A stretch of 64,000 nucleotides of DNA, from contig OZ025798.1 in assembly GCA_964019425.1 (NCBI GenBank), positions 310,001 through 374,000 of the forward strand. Reading direction: 5' to 3'. Origin of the DNA: Flectonema sp. DT1601. Its lineage: Eukaryota. The translations under genes were made by a program, and so were the position numbers. Under the pieces are notes generated by a model. That model made no database searches and had not been told where the DNA came from. It worked only from the letters and a program-made list of their open reading frames with translations. How positions within the stretch are numbered: the stretch's first letter is position 1; each line of letters starts with the position of its first letter. Below, one piece after another: positions 20,308-31,202 of this stretch.

Positions 20308-23300
20308 CTATGGTTCGTCTTCGTCCGCAGATGGGGTTTCTCCCCTAAAAGCAGCCGCAAGTTTGTGTTTCTCATTTTTATTAAGTTCCGTGTAAGTGAG
20401 ACCAACACCTTGAACCATGTAGATCGCAGCTTCACATTCCTGTTTGCGGAGATTCCGTTCTGTGCGTCGTTCAGAGCTCTTTTGAGCTGCTGATTTCCAC
20501 CACCTCTGAAGACGACAAAGTGAAGCTTCAGCAACAGGACGACCAACTGTTTTAATCGCATCGCTGAATAGATGAAGTTGGCTGATGTTTGCTTCAGTAG
20601 ATTGAATATGACTCTTGAAACCAACACGACCCCACCATCTTGCTATCTTACCAGCAGCAGAGACTACAATATACTTCCCTCCATGTTGTTCATTTGGTAT
20701 GTTTTGTTTCCATATTTCTCTCCAAGGTTGCATTTCCAGCTTGTCAGGGCAAATATCAGAATGTACGAATTTCATTCTTTCGTAGCGTTCACCAGTTTTT
20801 TTATATTTCAGATATTTCCACCAATTTTCAACTAAGAAGACAGCGTATTTACGTTCTTGTAGTATTGCTTGCTGAGTCTCAAGCTCTCGACTACCTTCCC
20901 TTGCATATGCAGCGCTGTTTTTGAGTAGGTATGCACGTGTTTGTAGTTGCATTGCAGCTGCAGCTTTGGTATTGGGATAACCACGTAGTTTTTTATAAAT
21001 ATAAGACAGCGTGTGTTGTTTAGTATTTGCCATTAGTGTTGTCAGTCGTTCCATTAAACGGGATTTACAGAACCGTTTGATCCAAGATATGAGTTTTAAA
21101 AAATAAACCTTAGCAACACCAATACGAATGTCTCGTAATAAGTATTTCAATAATAAGATATGTTGTTGTGATAAAAACCATTTTATCCATTTGTGAAAAT
21201 ATTTTTTATGAAGAACTTTGCTTTTTATGATCTGACGGTCATGCGTAATTCGAATCTTCTCAAGTTTGTAACTAAATATTTTCTTTCTCCGATTCATTGT
21301 AACCGACGTTCTTAGTTTAACCCAATAAGTAGTTGCTAGTCCCGCATTAGTCCTCCACATCAATGCTTTACTTTTCTGAACTCTGTCATGGTATTCGTGA
21401 CACCACTTATGATGTGCTAGAAGCGTATTAAAGTATCTTCTGTACATAAGTGATTGATTATGCCTGGTCATCTCTAGACTGTCTCTGTACTGAGTTAATC
21501 TTCTTGACTTTGCTTGAAGCGCACTACTTAAAATTAATGTAAAATATCGTCTCAGAACAGAAATGTCAATTCTGACTAATAGTTGAAGTCCGATTCGAAT
21601 TTTCTTTTTAATTGCTCTCTCATAAGCCTGTAAATGTACATTTGGATGAACCTCTGTACATCTTCCAATGATTGCTATTTGTTGAACGCGTGGAAATAAT
21701 GCTAGCAGGGCCTCTGAGAATGTTGGTTTCTCAGCAAAGAAAACCTTCCACAAAGAGTCTAAGGGAAGGTGATCACCTCCATTTAAATTTCTAATTAGCC
21801 GATAAAACTCAACTTCATCTGAAGGAGGATTCGGTTTGCAAAATTTGTCGAAAACGGATCTAAAAGGAACTAAGAAACGCTGAACGAGATCTTCTCCAAT
21901 CGTCGAAAGCAGTAAAAACGTAAACCACTCAACCTCCCACGGCGCATTCATTCCTGTTATTAAAGTCAACACCAACACCATTTCTGTTGCTCGAATTGGA
22001 AGAAGTTTTCCGTTGCTGATGTTTGTTCGTTTTTTTCCCCTTCGACTTGATAATTTGTTTGAAGGATCACTGCTGACAAAACGTGTTTTCGCATTCCGTT
22101 CTTCTGAACAAGATGTGTGATGATTTACTAATGTCACAGCCTCTGTATAGCTACTCATGAACTTTATAAACGCACTTGAACCATAGCTGGCAACTGATAC
22201 CTTTTGTCTTGGTCTGATATCGCATGGTCGGAGTTTTTCTGTTCCAACCCAAGTAGACGTCAGTTCTGAATGAAATATCCTTCTCAACGCTCTTACTAAT
22301 TCTTGTGTGAGAGGCCTCTTTGTTAGAATAACTGAAACTTTTAAAAAACCAGTTTTATCCAACAATGATGTTGCAACAGACCCTTCTCTAGCACAAACAC
22401 TATTGAAATCTTCAGATAACATCTCATCAGTATTAACATCTGATGGGTTGGATGAATGTTGTGGTGATGGTAATGAATTTTCAACAATCGGAGATGTTTT
22501 TAATTTATTCATCTCTTTCGATGCTCCATACAACATATCAACACTCGATTTATGAATTCTTGAAGGAACCATTAACATATTATGACCAACACTTTTAACT
22601 TGTGATTTCAATGGGTTTACTCTTGTTGAGCTGGTTCTTACTGTTGTACGAGTTGGCTTATTAATTATTAACCCATGATCATTGTATATGAATGATATTA
22701 TTTGAAAGACTCTATACTTTGGAAGGTTAGGAAAAAGACCATCAGCAGATGTCGCCGATTGCGATAAAAACAATTGAATGGAACTACTGCAATGAGACCT
22801 CGCTGCTGACACATCCCTCGTGTAAATTATATCATCACAAACTGAAGAAGTCGCTTCTGGAAATAAGAATAGTGAAAGTACTAGTTCTTTGTCATTAGTA
22901 GATGTTGGTTCTCTCTCAACGATCAAAGTAAGATCACAACTTCCACTGTTGACGTTGTCATCACAGCTGTAGTTGATATGAATTCCTGCTGGGTTTATCT
23001 TCTTTACATTGCAAATGTTTATTTCTCTATGTAGTTCTCCATCAGCACGTGCGAGTACAATACAAATGGATTGAATGGCTGATACATTACCAGCAGCGGG
23101 TTTCGGTATTTGAAAAACAGTTATCGTATTGTCTCGGTGAGGTGATGAGGTTATTCTTTTAATCATTCCAAGAGAACTTGATCTCGCGGCTTCTAAGACG
23201 TCACTTGCTGTTGGAAGATCACTACCGTCTCCGTATCCTGTGAGTTCAATTGTGGGAAGAGCGATAATTATAAAGTCGTGACGGGTATTGGTGGGGATTG

Positions 23301-23481
23301 ATATTTCAATTTCACCATCTCTTTCTGTGACATCACATCCCCATAATACCGAATGTAAACCCGTTGTTCTTTGTTCGGTTGTTCCTTTGCCAAGCATTTG
23401 GGTTAACTCTGCTATTACACTTCTTCCTTTCCAACCCTCCCGATACTTTGCAGATCGGACGTCACGAAGACGGATGGACAT
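20308..23481 (-). CDS. Hypothetical protein, 1057 aa, with basic helical C-terminal half and degenerate IQ-like motifs
   Basis: Long ORF. Motifs AGKIARWWGR and LCRLQRWWKS resemble IQ motifs. Confidence 0.7.
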   Translation of the reverse strand: MSIRLRDVRSAKYREGWKGRSVIAELTQMLGKGTTEQRTTGLHSVLWGCDVTERDGEIEISIPTNTRHDFIIIALPTIELTGYGDGSDLPTASDVLEAARSSSLGMIKRITSSPHRDNTITVFQIPKPAAGNVSAIQSICIVLARADGELHREINICNVKKINPAGIHINYSCDDNVNSGSCDLTLIVEREPTSTNDKELVLSLFLFPEATSSVCDDIIYTRDVSAARSHCSSSIQLFLSQSATSADGLFPNLPKYRVFQIISFIYNDHGLIINKPTRTTVRTSSTRVNPLKSQVKSVGHNMLMVPSRIHKSSVDMLYGASKEMNKLKTSPIVENSLPSPQHSSNPSDVNTDEMLSEDFNSVCAREGSVATSLLDKTGFLKVSVILTKRPLTQELVRALRRIFHSELTSTWVGTEKLRPCDIRPRQKVSVASYGSSAFIKFMSSYTEAVTLVNHHTSCSEERNAKTRFVSSDPSNKLSSRRGKKRTNISNGKLLPIRATEMVLVLTLITGMNAPWEVEWFTFLLLSTIGEDLVQRFLVPFRSVFDKFCKPNPPSDEVEFYRLIRNLNGGDHLPLDSLWKVFFAEKPTFSEALLALFPRVQQIAIIGRCTEVHPNVHLQAYERAIKKKIRIGLQLLVRIDISVLRRYFTLILSSALQAKSRRLTQYRDSLEMTRHNQSLMYRRYFNTLLAHHKWCHEYHDRVQKSKALMWRTNAGLATTYWVKLRTSVTMNRRKKIFSYKLEKIRITHDRQIIKSKVLHKKYFHKWIKWFLSQQHILLLKYLLRDIRIGVAKVYFLKLISWIKRFCKSRLMERLTTLMANTKQHTLSYIYKKLRGYPNTKAAAAMQLQTRAYLLKNSAAYAREGSRELETQQAILQERKYAVFLVENWWKYLKYKKTGERYERMKFVHSDICPDKLEMQPWREIWKQNIPNEQHGGKYIVVSAAGKIARWWGRVGFKSHIQSTEANISQLHLFSDAIKTVGRPVAEASLCRLQRWWKSAAQKSSERRTERNLRKQECEAAIYMVQGVGLTYTELNKNEKHKLAAAFRGETPSADEDEP

Positions 23482-23596
23482 TACATTTAATAATCCTGTG
23501 AGAACAACAAAAGTAAAGAATTTTTAACACAAAATACTTAAATGTAAATATTAAGTTATGCAACCCTAGTAAGGGAGCTTCTGACTGACATAAATA

Positions 23597-25897
23597 TCAC
23601 ATCACCGATTGCGGTTCGTCGATCGTTATTTGAACTAATGAGTTCTTCGAAGCGAAACCATCAACGACGGGAAGAATTGAAGGAGTGTGATGATTCTTAT
23701 TCAAATTAACGACACATCGAAGTCTCGATTTCTCAACTGAAGTTAGTAATAGTTTGATGCATTCATCAGTGATTGTATTGTCTTCTAATCCTAAATATTT
23801 GAGAGATGATTTCTCAGGTGTAAGTGACGCGAGAGCTTCAAACAAACCAGTCATAACATCAATACCAGAATCTTTAAAACGAGATAATCCTTCGGGTTTA
23901 GTTCCTTTATCATGTAAGAGGGACGTCGTATCCATGTGAGCCTCTTTTAGGTTGTTTCGAAGGTCGACAGATTCGAGAGTTTCATGAGATATTAGAATGT
24001 CACCAATCCTACAAAAACCTTCTTTGAATAAACTGTTGCAAGACAAATCTAATTTCCTTAGTCGTGAAGCAGTATTATTAATAATAGCATCCCTAAGTGA
24101 TAAAGCAATACCGTCAGTCATGCAAACATTCGACAGCAATAGTTCTTCGAGTGGAGAAACGCTAAGAGCGAGTGCTGATCGTTCTCCCAAACACGGAGAG
24201 CTATCTGAGATATTTGCAACACGTAGACTACATGAAAACTCACGAAACAATCCACCTCTTAAAAGTGTTTGTACTAACTGAGAACCTCTATCTCCTATTG
24301 CATGATTTCCAGAGATGTCAAGTTCTGTTAGTGTCTCATTGACTTCTGTAAGAGCACAGCAGAGATCCTCAACTAGCGTATCGCTAAGTTGACAGTTTCC
24401 AAGATAAAGCGACTGTAGACTTCTGTTTTGTTTCAACCCTTCAGATAATATCTCCATACCAACTGTTGTATCATCTGCTTGATCACAATCTGAATCAGGT
24501 TTATCTTCCCAAGGTTCATCGGTATTCGGAAGTGGCATTGGAGTCGGATCTACATCTTCTTCAACATCAGTCTTTATACTTCTATATCCTCTCTTTGATC
24601 CTGGCATTGAACACTTTAATGATAAGGATGTCAATGAAGTGTTACAACGCAAAGCTGCTCCGAGAGAGACAAAAGATCGGCTTCCGAGACAACAATCATT
24701 CAGATTCAATAATGTTAACGTGTTGTTAGTTCCATTCTTTAACATTCTAGCAAGAGGTATGACACCAGTGTCACCTATTCGGTTGCAAGAAATGTTTAAT
24801 GAAGTTAGTTTTGTGTTATTTGAAAGAGAATTCGCTAGTTGAGTCGCAGAATGACCACTGAGTTCACACCCTTCAAGAATTAGTGAACGTAGTTCAGATT
24901 TACTGACGCCTTCAAAAAAGTTTCGAAGAGCTTTTCGGGACCAGGAATGCTCCTTCATGAGAGAGTTGTTTTGTGCAAGTCTGAGCTCCTTCAGTCCACT
25001 TCCAGACATTAGGGTTGTTCCCAGAATAGTGATGCCATCACTCCCAATTCCAGTATTTCTTGATATGTCGAGACTTGATAGAGTTTTATTACGCAACAGA
25101 CCATAACACAGAGATTCTATAGAACTGTCTGCGATATCATTTTGTGATAGATTGATAGTTGTAATTCCCTTATTCTCTTTTAATGCTCGTCCTAATGATT
25201 TGCATCCGTCTTCTCCGATTCCACAATTTGTCAGATCTAATTCTGTGAGAGAAGTGTTATATTTAAAAGCGTCTGGGAGCATGAGGAAGTACTCTTTACC
25301 GTTTTGTGTCTTCTGAGTGCTTTCTTCATAGCATAATCGGGTGATTGATGGATCGTTATTGCATAGTAGTTCTGCGGTTTCAGCCATGACAGTAGCGAAG
25401 GTATCGTCATCATAGATGTTAATATCAGGTTTATGTGTTTCAACTATCCTCATAGAATCCATATCTCCAAGCAATGATTGCGGAGCATTACACAAGTGAA
25501 GTAAGACTCTTGGTAGAGCAACACCACTGTGAATTGGAGGGGGTTCGAATGAAGTATGAATTGTTTGTGTTGTTAACCAAATCCTAAATCCTCCATGAAT
25601 CAATCTCCTGTCAGCAGTGAATGCACACAAAGCTACTCTCCGAAGTAATTTATCATGTTCTGGACAAACGTTGGAAATATAAATCCAATTCCCTTCTGAC
25701 ATTGCTTCAGCAACAGCTGCTGTTATACCTTCATCGCTGTCAACACTCAAGTCGAAGCATTTCATTGTGACAGATGCTGCATCAGCATGTGGTCTAACAT
25801 ACTCTCTGACTACTTCTGTACTTTTATAAACGCTTCGGAGTAGTTGGAGTGTCGTCGTGTCACTTCGCTGTACCAAATCAGATATCAGCTGCTCCAT
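23597..25897 (-). CDS. RNI-like leucine-rich repeat protein with N-terminal dynein-AAA6-like segment
   Basis: Repeats such as NTSLTELDLTNCGIGEDG and NTKLTSLNISCNRIGDTG. N-terminal AMSEGNWIYISNV...FRIWLTT. Start taken at ATG 25897. Confidence 0.85.
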   Translation of the reverse strand: MEQLISDLVQRSDTTTLQLLRSVYKSTEVVREYVRPHADAASVTMKCFDLSVDSDEGITAAVAEAMSEGNWIYISNVCPEHDKLLRRVALCAFTADRRLIHGGFRIWLTTQTIHTSFEPPPIHSGVALPRVLLHLCNAPQSLLGDMDSMRIVETHKPDINIYDDDTFATVMAETAELLCNNDPSITRLCYEESTQKTQNGKEYFLMLPDAFKYNTSLTELDLTNCGIGEDGCKSLGRALKENKGITTINLSQNDIADSSIESLCYGLLRNKTLSSLDISRNTGIGSDGITILGTTLMSGSGLKELRLAQNNSLMKEHSWSRKALRNFFEGVSKSELRSLILEGCELSGHSATQLANSLSNNTKLTSLNISCNRIGDTGVIPLARMLKNGTNNTLTLLNLNDCCLGSRSFVSLGAALRCNTSLTSLSLKCSMPGSKRGYRSIKTDVEEDVDPTPMPLPNTDEPWEDKPDSDCDQADDTTVGMEILSEGLKQNRSLQSLYLGNCQLSDTLVEDLCCALTEVNETLTELDISGNHAIGDRGSQLVQTLLRGGLFREFSCSLRVANISDSSPCLGERSALALSVSPLEELLLSNVCMTDGIALSLRDAIINNTASRLRKLDLSCNSLFKEGFCRIGDILISHETLESVDLRNNLKEAHMDTTSLLHDKGTKPEGLSRFKDSGIDVMTGLFEALASLTPEKSSLKYLGLEDNTITDECIKLLLTSVEKSRLRCVVNLNKNHHTPSILPVVDGFASKNSLVQITIDEPQSVM

Positions 25898-26110
25898 GTC
25901 GTTGTTGTTGTTGCTGATTGACAATATAAAATAAGCAACTTCGACCAATAGCAATAAAATATCAAAAAGAAATAGTCCAGCACGACTAAGAACTGTCTGC
26001 GCGGAAGGAAATCATACCGAGAGAAATGAGTGTAACGGCAGATAGCTACCATTCAGATCGCTAAAAAAAAAAAAAAAAAAGGATACAATAAATAACATCT
26101 ATCGATAATG

Positions 26111-27367
26111 TTAAGCTTCCTCAGAAATAACAGGGAGACCAACCGTAAGCTTTCGATTTTCTTTTTGTGTATCAAGGCTGCTTCGAAGGATCTTGACGAG
26201 CATAAAAATAAATGCGAGAGCAGGAATCGACATTGTAAAAGCAACAACACCATTAACTCTTGCGAATATAAACCCAGTCAGAAGTGATCCGGAACTTCCA
26301 CCAATAGCAGAGGACATCGTAACGAGACCAGTTAAAGGAGCCTGAAGGCTTTTTGGTAACGAACTTAGAACCGCTGAAGTCAGAGCTGGATACACAGGTG
26401 CTAAGAAGAATCCCACACAAGGCAACACATAACGGGCATAGACATTAGAAATAGAAGTCATGTAAAGACCAGTTAGTAATATTGTTATCGCACCACAGAT
26501 GCAAATATAAATGCAAACATGCCACTCTACACGGCGGAGTACCAATCCAGCACTGAGCCTACCAAAGGCAAGACCTGCGGCAAATATCGACGTAATTTGA
26601 ACGCTCATATCTTGAGGCATGTGAAAGACTTCACTGTTAAATGTTGGAAGCCATGTTCCTATGCCTTGCTCGACCATGACGTAGAGGAAGGCAGTGAAGA
26701 GGTAACAAATCACAATTTTGTTCTTCACCACTTTTAAAAGCACCCACCCACCAGAATTACCTCCGTTTGTCTCATGTGCTAATGCAGAGTTAGAAACACC
26801 GTCAAATGGAGAAAGACTAACTAGAATTGCAACAAAACCAGACAACCCACAAAGTACATAATACACCTGAAGCCAACTGTTATCTTGACTAGAAACACCT
26901 GTTTGTGGAGTCATGTAGTAACTAAATAACCAATAACCTGATAGGACACCAAGCATAAACGAACCTTCAATAAGAGACAACAGAGATGCATGTGTCGATG
27001 AATCAACAGTAATAAGTCCTATCGTAGAATACACGGATACCTTCACTAGAGCAAATGAACAACCTGTCACCAAAAACAGAACTTGCGACATCCGAAAACT
27101 TTGAATTTGCGTCATTCCCGCACACGCAATACCCACACAGAGTAACGCTGCAACTATCGAATTCTTGTATCCAATTTTAACTAAATAGGGTGCTGCTAAT
27201 AACGAAACCCATGCTATGGGGAGATCTTTAAGCCCTTCAAGACTGCTTGCGGCTTCCTTTGAAACTCCGTAGACCCGAATCACTTGTAATATGACCACAC
27301 CAACACTGTTCAGGATAAGTCCAAATACGAAATATGTCAACAGCAGAACGCTCTTAACCGAAAGCAT
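26111..27367 (-). CDS. MFS sugar transporter, bacterial FucP/GluP-like
   Basis: About 12 hydrophobic segments. Motifs LEGLKDLPIA, SFALVKVSVYSTIG, FLYVMVEQGIGTWLP, GRL, APVYP. Intronless. Confidence 0.85.
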   Translation of the reverse strand: MLSVKSVLLLTYFVFGLILNSVGVVILQVIRVYGVSKEAASSLEGLKDLPIAWVSLLAAPYLVKIGYKNSIVAALLCVGIACAGMTQIQSFRMSQVLFLVTGCSFALVKVSVYSTIGLITVDSSTHASLLSLIEGSFMLGVLSGYWLFSYYMTPQTGVSSQDNSWLQVYYVLCGLSGFVAILVSLSPFDGVSNSALAHETNGGNSGGWVLLKVVKNKIVICYLFTAFLYVMVEQGIGTWLPTFNSEVFHMPQDMSVQITSIFAAGLAFGRLSAGLVLRRVEWHVCIYICICGAITILLTGLYMTSISNVYARYVLPCVGFFLAPVYPALTSAVLSSLPKSLQAPLTGLVTMSSAIGGSSGSLLTGFIFARVNGVVAFTMSIPALAFIFMLVKILRSSLDTQKENRKLTVGLPVISEEA

Positions 27368-27888
27368 TCTTTAGGGTTGGGTCGTACCCCTGTAAGGAAT
27401 TAAGTATAATTTTTTTTAAATAGTTGAGAATTATGATATCAGTTCATAATCTTTATCTTTTACAATCTGTATAAAGGAAATTATCAATTTTTCGATTTAA
27501 TTAAAAAGAAGAATACAAAAAGAGAAAAGAACACACTTTGCAATCAAGCCAGCGAACTATAAAATCAAAAGTAAATGACCTCTTTCAGCCATAGATCCCT
27601 TCTAAGGGAAAATTCCCTAGAATAGGATAGGCTCCACTGACTGAGTAGATTGGAAAAGAGACAGATTTACTTAAAGTAAATGCGGTGTTTTCCGACGTGT
27701 AATCTCATGATCGCTAAAAGTATTAAACACTACATACCAAAACGACATGGGGAAGGGAAGGGAGAAAAAAAAAAACAAAACAAAAAAAAAATCTGATGCT
27801 TTTTTGAAAGCGGTCGATCTTACATTTTTTTTTTTTTTTTTTTTTTTTCTCTCAAAGCCTAACAATGAAAAAATTACGAATTTATATA

Positions 27889-28668
27889 TCAGTCATTCCT
27901 TTTTTTTGCGAACAAAAAACACCATTTTCTCACCGCCTGAGCAAGGTTACACGATATGTTACTTTTGCTCGATTTTTTATTTTTTGGAATCGGGGAGGGT
28001 GCAATCTGTAAAATTAGGCATAGGGATATACTTTTAAACATGGTAAGTGCTGCTAAAAAGAGATAAACGTCTCTTTGCAAGATTTCCTTGGTACTACTCA
28101 ATGATAAATATTAATCCCAGAACTGGAATGGAAAGATCGAGAAAATCTGAGTAAAAAACACCCCTAATTTTTTTTTTTTTTACCATTTTTTTTCCTTCTC
28201 CCGCACTCAGGAGATATGCACCTTTTTGCTAACTAATCAACCCTAGTAGCAATTATGTAAGGAAAATGTTGCATCTATATAAAGAAAGTGTTTTCATTAA
28301 GTATCAAAGTAGGTCCAAAAAGACGGGTAGTAACAATCTGCCTCACCAGCACATGCTTAGTACTCTTTAATATATTTTTGCTCGATTGTTTTTTCTCTGG
28401 ATCCCGCTGGGCCAGCAGTGTAAAATTAGACCCTTCGATTAATTTTTAGTTTTGGTACTTGTCCACGGCTGAGCTGATTTAGTAAACCACAAAATCTCTT
28501 TTCTCAATTCGGGAGACAAGTATGTGATGCCAACCTCCCGATTTCGGACGGAAATGAACCCAACGATGCAGCGCATTAAAATGCCGCTTCGATCGAAATT
28601 TTTACAATTTTTTTTTGAAAATTTTTTTCAGTGTCCAAAATTTGTTCGCAAAAAAAAGGAATGACTGA
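27889..28668. mobile_element. Non-autonomous TIR element (Tc1/mariner-like MITE), ~780 bp
   Basis: Perfect inverted repeat TCAGTCATTCCTTTTTTTTGCGAACAAA / TTTGTTCGCAAAAAAAAGGAATGACTGA, flanked by TA on both sides. No ORF. Confidence 0.85.
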
Positions 28669-29052
28669 TATATTTTTTTTTAAAGGCTAAAAGGATCAAT
28701 GCTGAACGAAGTCAAACTATTTATTTACTTATTGAAGTCAGGGAAGTCCTCTCAGACGAGAACTCACCGCATGCGCGAATCGGAGTTAAAACTACTTGTC
28801 ACAACGTGTTGTCGTAACAAGGCATTTCTTCTTTGTTCTCACTTTTTTTTTTTTTTTTTTGAATCACTCACACAAAGGGTGTCTCGTATGAGTGAAACAC
28901 GTTCTGTTGTGGTCCAACCCAACAAATGTTTGGATTACTGTGACTTATTAGGTCACAGAATTTTATTCTTACTTACCATACTAACATAAACGAAGGGACC
29001 GATTCGAAAACAAACAAAAAAAAAAAAAAAAGAAAAAACTCCATTCAGATAA

Positions 29053-29193
29053 AAGCCTTATATTTCGTTGATCACACAGAGAGTAATACTGAACGTGCAA
29101 AAATAGATAACACTTGACATAACAAATAAAACGGCTCTTAATCTGAATGATGTTTTTTTTTTTTTTTTTTCCTCCGACTTCGTCGGTGCAAAA
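29053..29193 (+). repeat. Member of a dispersed short repeat family (AAGCCTTATATTTCGTTGA...CCGACTTCGTCGGTGC-A-run)
   Basis: Related copies at about 46173-46275, 48944-49190, 52006-52240, 53738-53995, 56586-56680 and 61985-62085. Confidence 0.6.
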
Positions 29194-29887
29194 CGAAAAA
29201 AAATCAATAAATTTCTAATGTTCTTTTTTTTATCGAAGGAACAGCAGGATATATACTCTCCCTCTTTGCAACTAAGTGTTTGCTTTCGACAAATTTTCTC
29301 CCTCTTAAACACAAAAAAAAAAAAGAGAAGCCTTTACCCCAGCCTCTCACATACTGTTTTATTTCCCATGGGGTGTAACCACCCATAAAAAAATATGGGC
29401 GCATGTGGGTTCTTTTTTTCTCTTATAAGTGCCCCTATATATTCACCAACCTAGCGAGTTGTTATGGTCTAACAAGAATGCAAGATACAATGTAAATATA
29501 GTACGCAACAATAAAAGGAATGGGAAGGTAGAGCAATGTGCCTACCTAGGTGACTGATTGCCTTGTTGATGCCATAGTGTGCTCACAGCCCATGTTTTTT
29601 TTTATTTTTTCTCAGCTGTTTATTTAAAAAAGCCCATAAATGGGAGGCGGACTGATTTTGCCCCCTTTTTTTTTTTTTTTTTTTTTTTTGTTTTTTTCTC
29701 CAATTACAAATAATTATCGCCCAACTCAGTGCAGTCTTCATAAAGACACAAAACTAAAATATCAGTTGGGTTAGGGTATTGACTATCGAGTAGTAAGGAC
29801 AGTTCATCAGTAGATTTCTTCATGAGATGAAGTTACGTCGACGGCAGTCAACGTTATAGTAAAACAAGTCAACTTAGTAGTTGACGA

Positions 29888-30653
29888 CTAACCAATAATA
29901 TCATCATCATCACATATAGAATTGACAACCGATTGTTTCACATCTGACGGAGGATCGAACCGACCAGGTAGAGTAGGAGCTCTACTTCTGGTTGGTGATT
30001 GCGAAGGTGGTAGTGTCGGTGCTCGTTCTCTCTTCGGCTTTTCCTGCGAGGATTCACCGATAATTGCATGCACTCTGTTTTTCCTTCCATATACTTCTCC
30101 TCGAAAAGCTAATCTATCACTCGGATATTCATCAGAAGATTTATCTAATTTTACCAACACAGATCCTCCTTCTTTCTTGACTGAGTGAACTCTCTGTTTT
30201 GGTGGATCTGGTGGCATGTGGAGATAGCAGGGACCAACTCTGTTGTAGTTTTAGTTGTTGGAGATTGTTCTGGGTGGGGTTTTTCTTAACTTAGAATAAT
30301 AAAACACATACTTATCGTCGACAACGTCGTAGGTGTAGACCGCTTGCCTACCGTCCTCTAAACTAAATTTAAATTGATGAATTGGACAAGTAATACAAGG
30401 TGTACCATCTACTTCTTCTATATCTCCTACTGAAAGAGCTCCACCAGCATGATAACAAAGTGTGTCAATGCAGTAAACGTTTCCTCTGTTTTGGTTGTGT
30501 TCTGAGGTTTCTTTTTTTACTCAATTTAGTAAAAAACTAAACATACCCGAATAGTACTACAGTTACATATCTCCCGTACAGCGCAACTGTAAGCCGTTGA
30601 TTCTTTGCTTGTTGCAATTCGGTGAGCTGACACACTGCTGTGTACTCATCCAT
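29888..30653 (-). CDS. RFESD-like soluble Rieske [2Fe-2S] protein, 3 exons (introns 30486-30546 and 30240-30311)
   Basis: Spliced translation MDEYTAVCQLTEL...GRYVTVVLFGGNVYCIDTLCYHAGGALSVGDIEEVDGTPCITCPIHQFKFSLEDG...KQRVHSV...SDRLA contains CxH...CxxH. Both donors are GTATGT. The ORF track shows only the last exon. Confidence 0.85.
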
Positions 30654-31202
30654 GTTGTGATTGATGAGATATCTGATACATAGAAAATATAAATTACTAA
30701 CTGCTAGGAGTACTTAGCTTGCTTTCATTCATGGAACTAGTTTGATACACATTGCTGGATCTGAAAAATAAAAATAAAATACACTTTTGTGGAAAATTAT
30801 ATAAAACGGTTTTCTTATATATAAATATAAAGAAGATCTATCGGTTAGAGCGTGTGGAAAACATTACAAAAAAAAAATATAACTAAAATTAAAAAAAAAA
30901 AAAAAAAAAAAGGTTGTGTGACAAACGATCGTTGAAGAAATAACAACTAATAATTTTAGAAGTATTTATTTTAATTACAACGTATTCAGGGACATATGAT
31001 GCGCTAACAGAGACTCTTAGCATAATCAGTGTATAAAGTGTTTTTGGGAGTTTTTTTTTTTTTTTTGTTTTTTCTTTGTACGATAAAACAGAGAAACAAG
31101 ATTAATTTTTTTGGGAGAGAGATTTGCCCCAAGGATTCCCTGGATGAAAGAAGCACAGAAGATGAATGTGAAACACTGATCTAATGCTTTTGATAATAAG
31201 TA

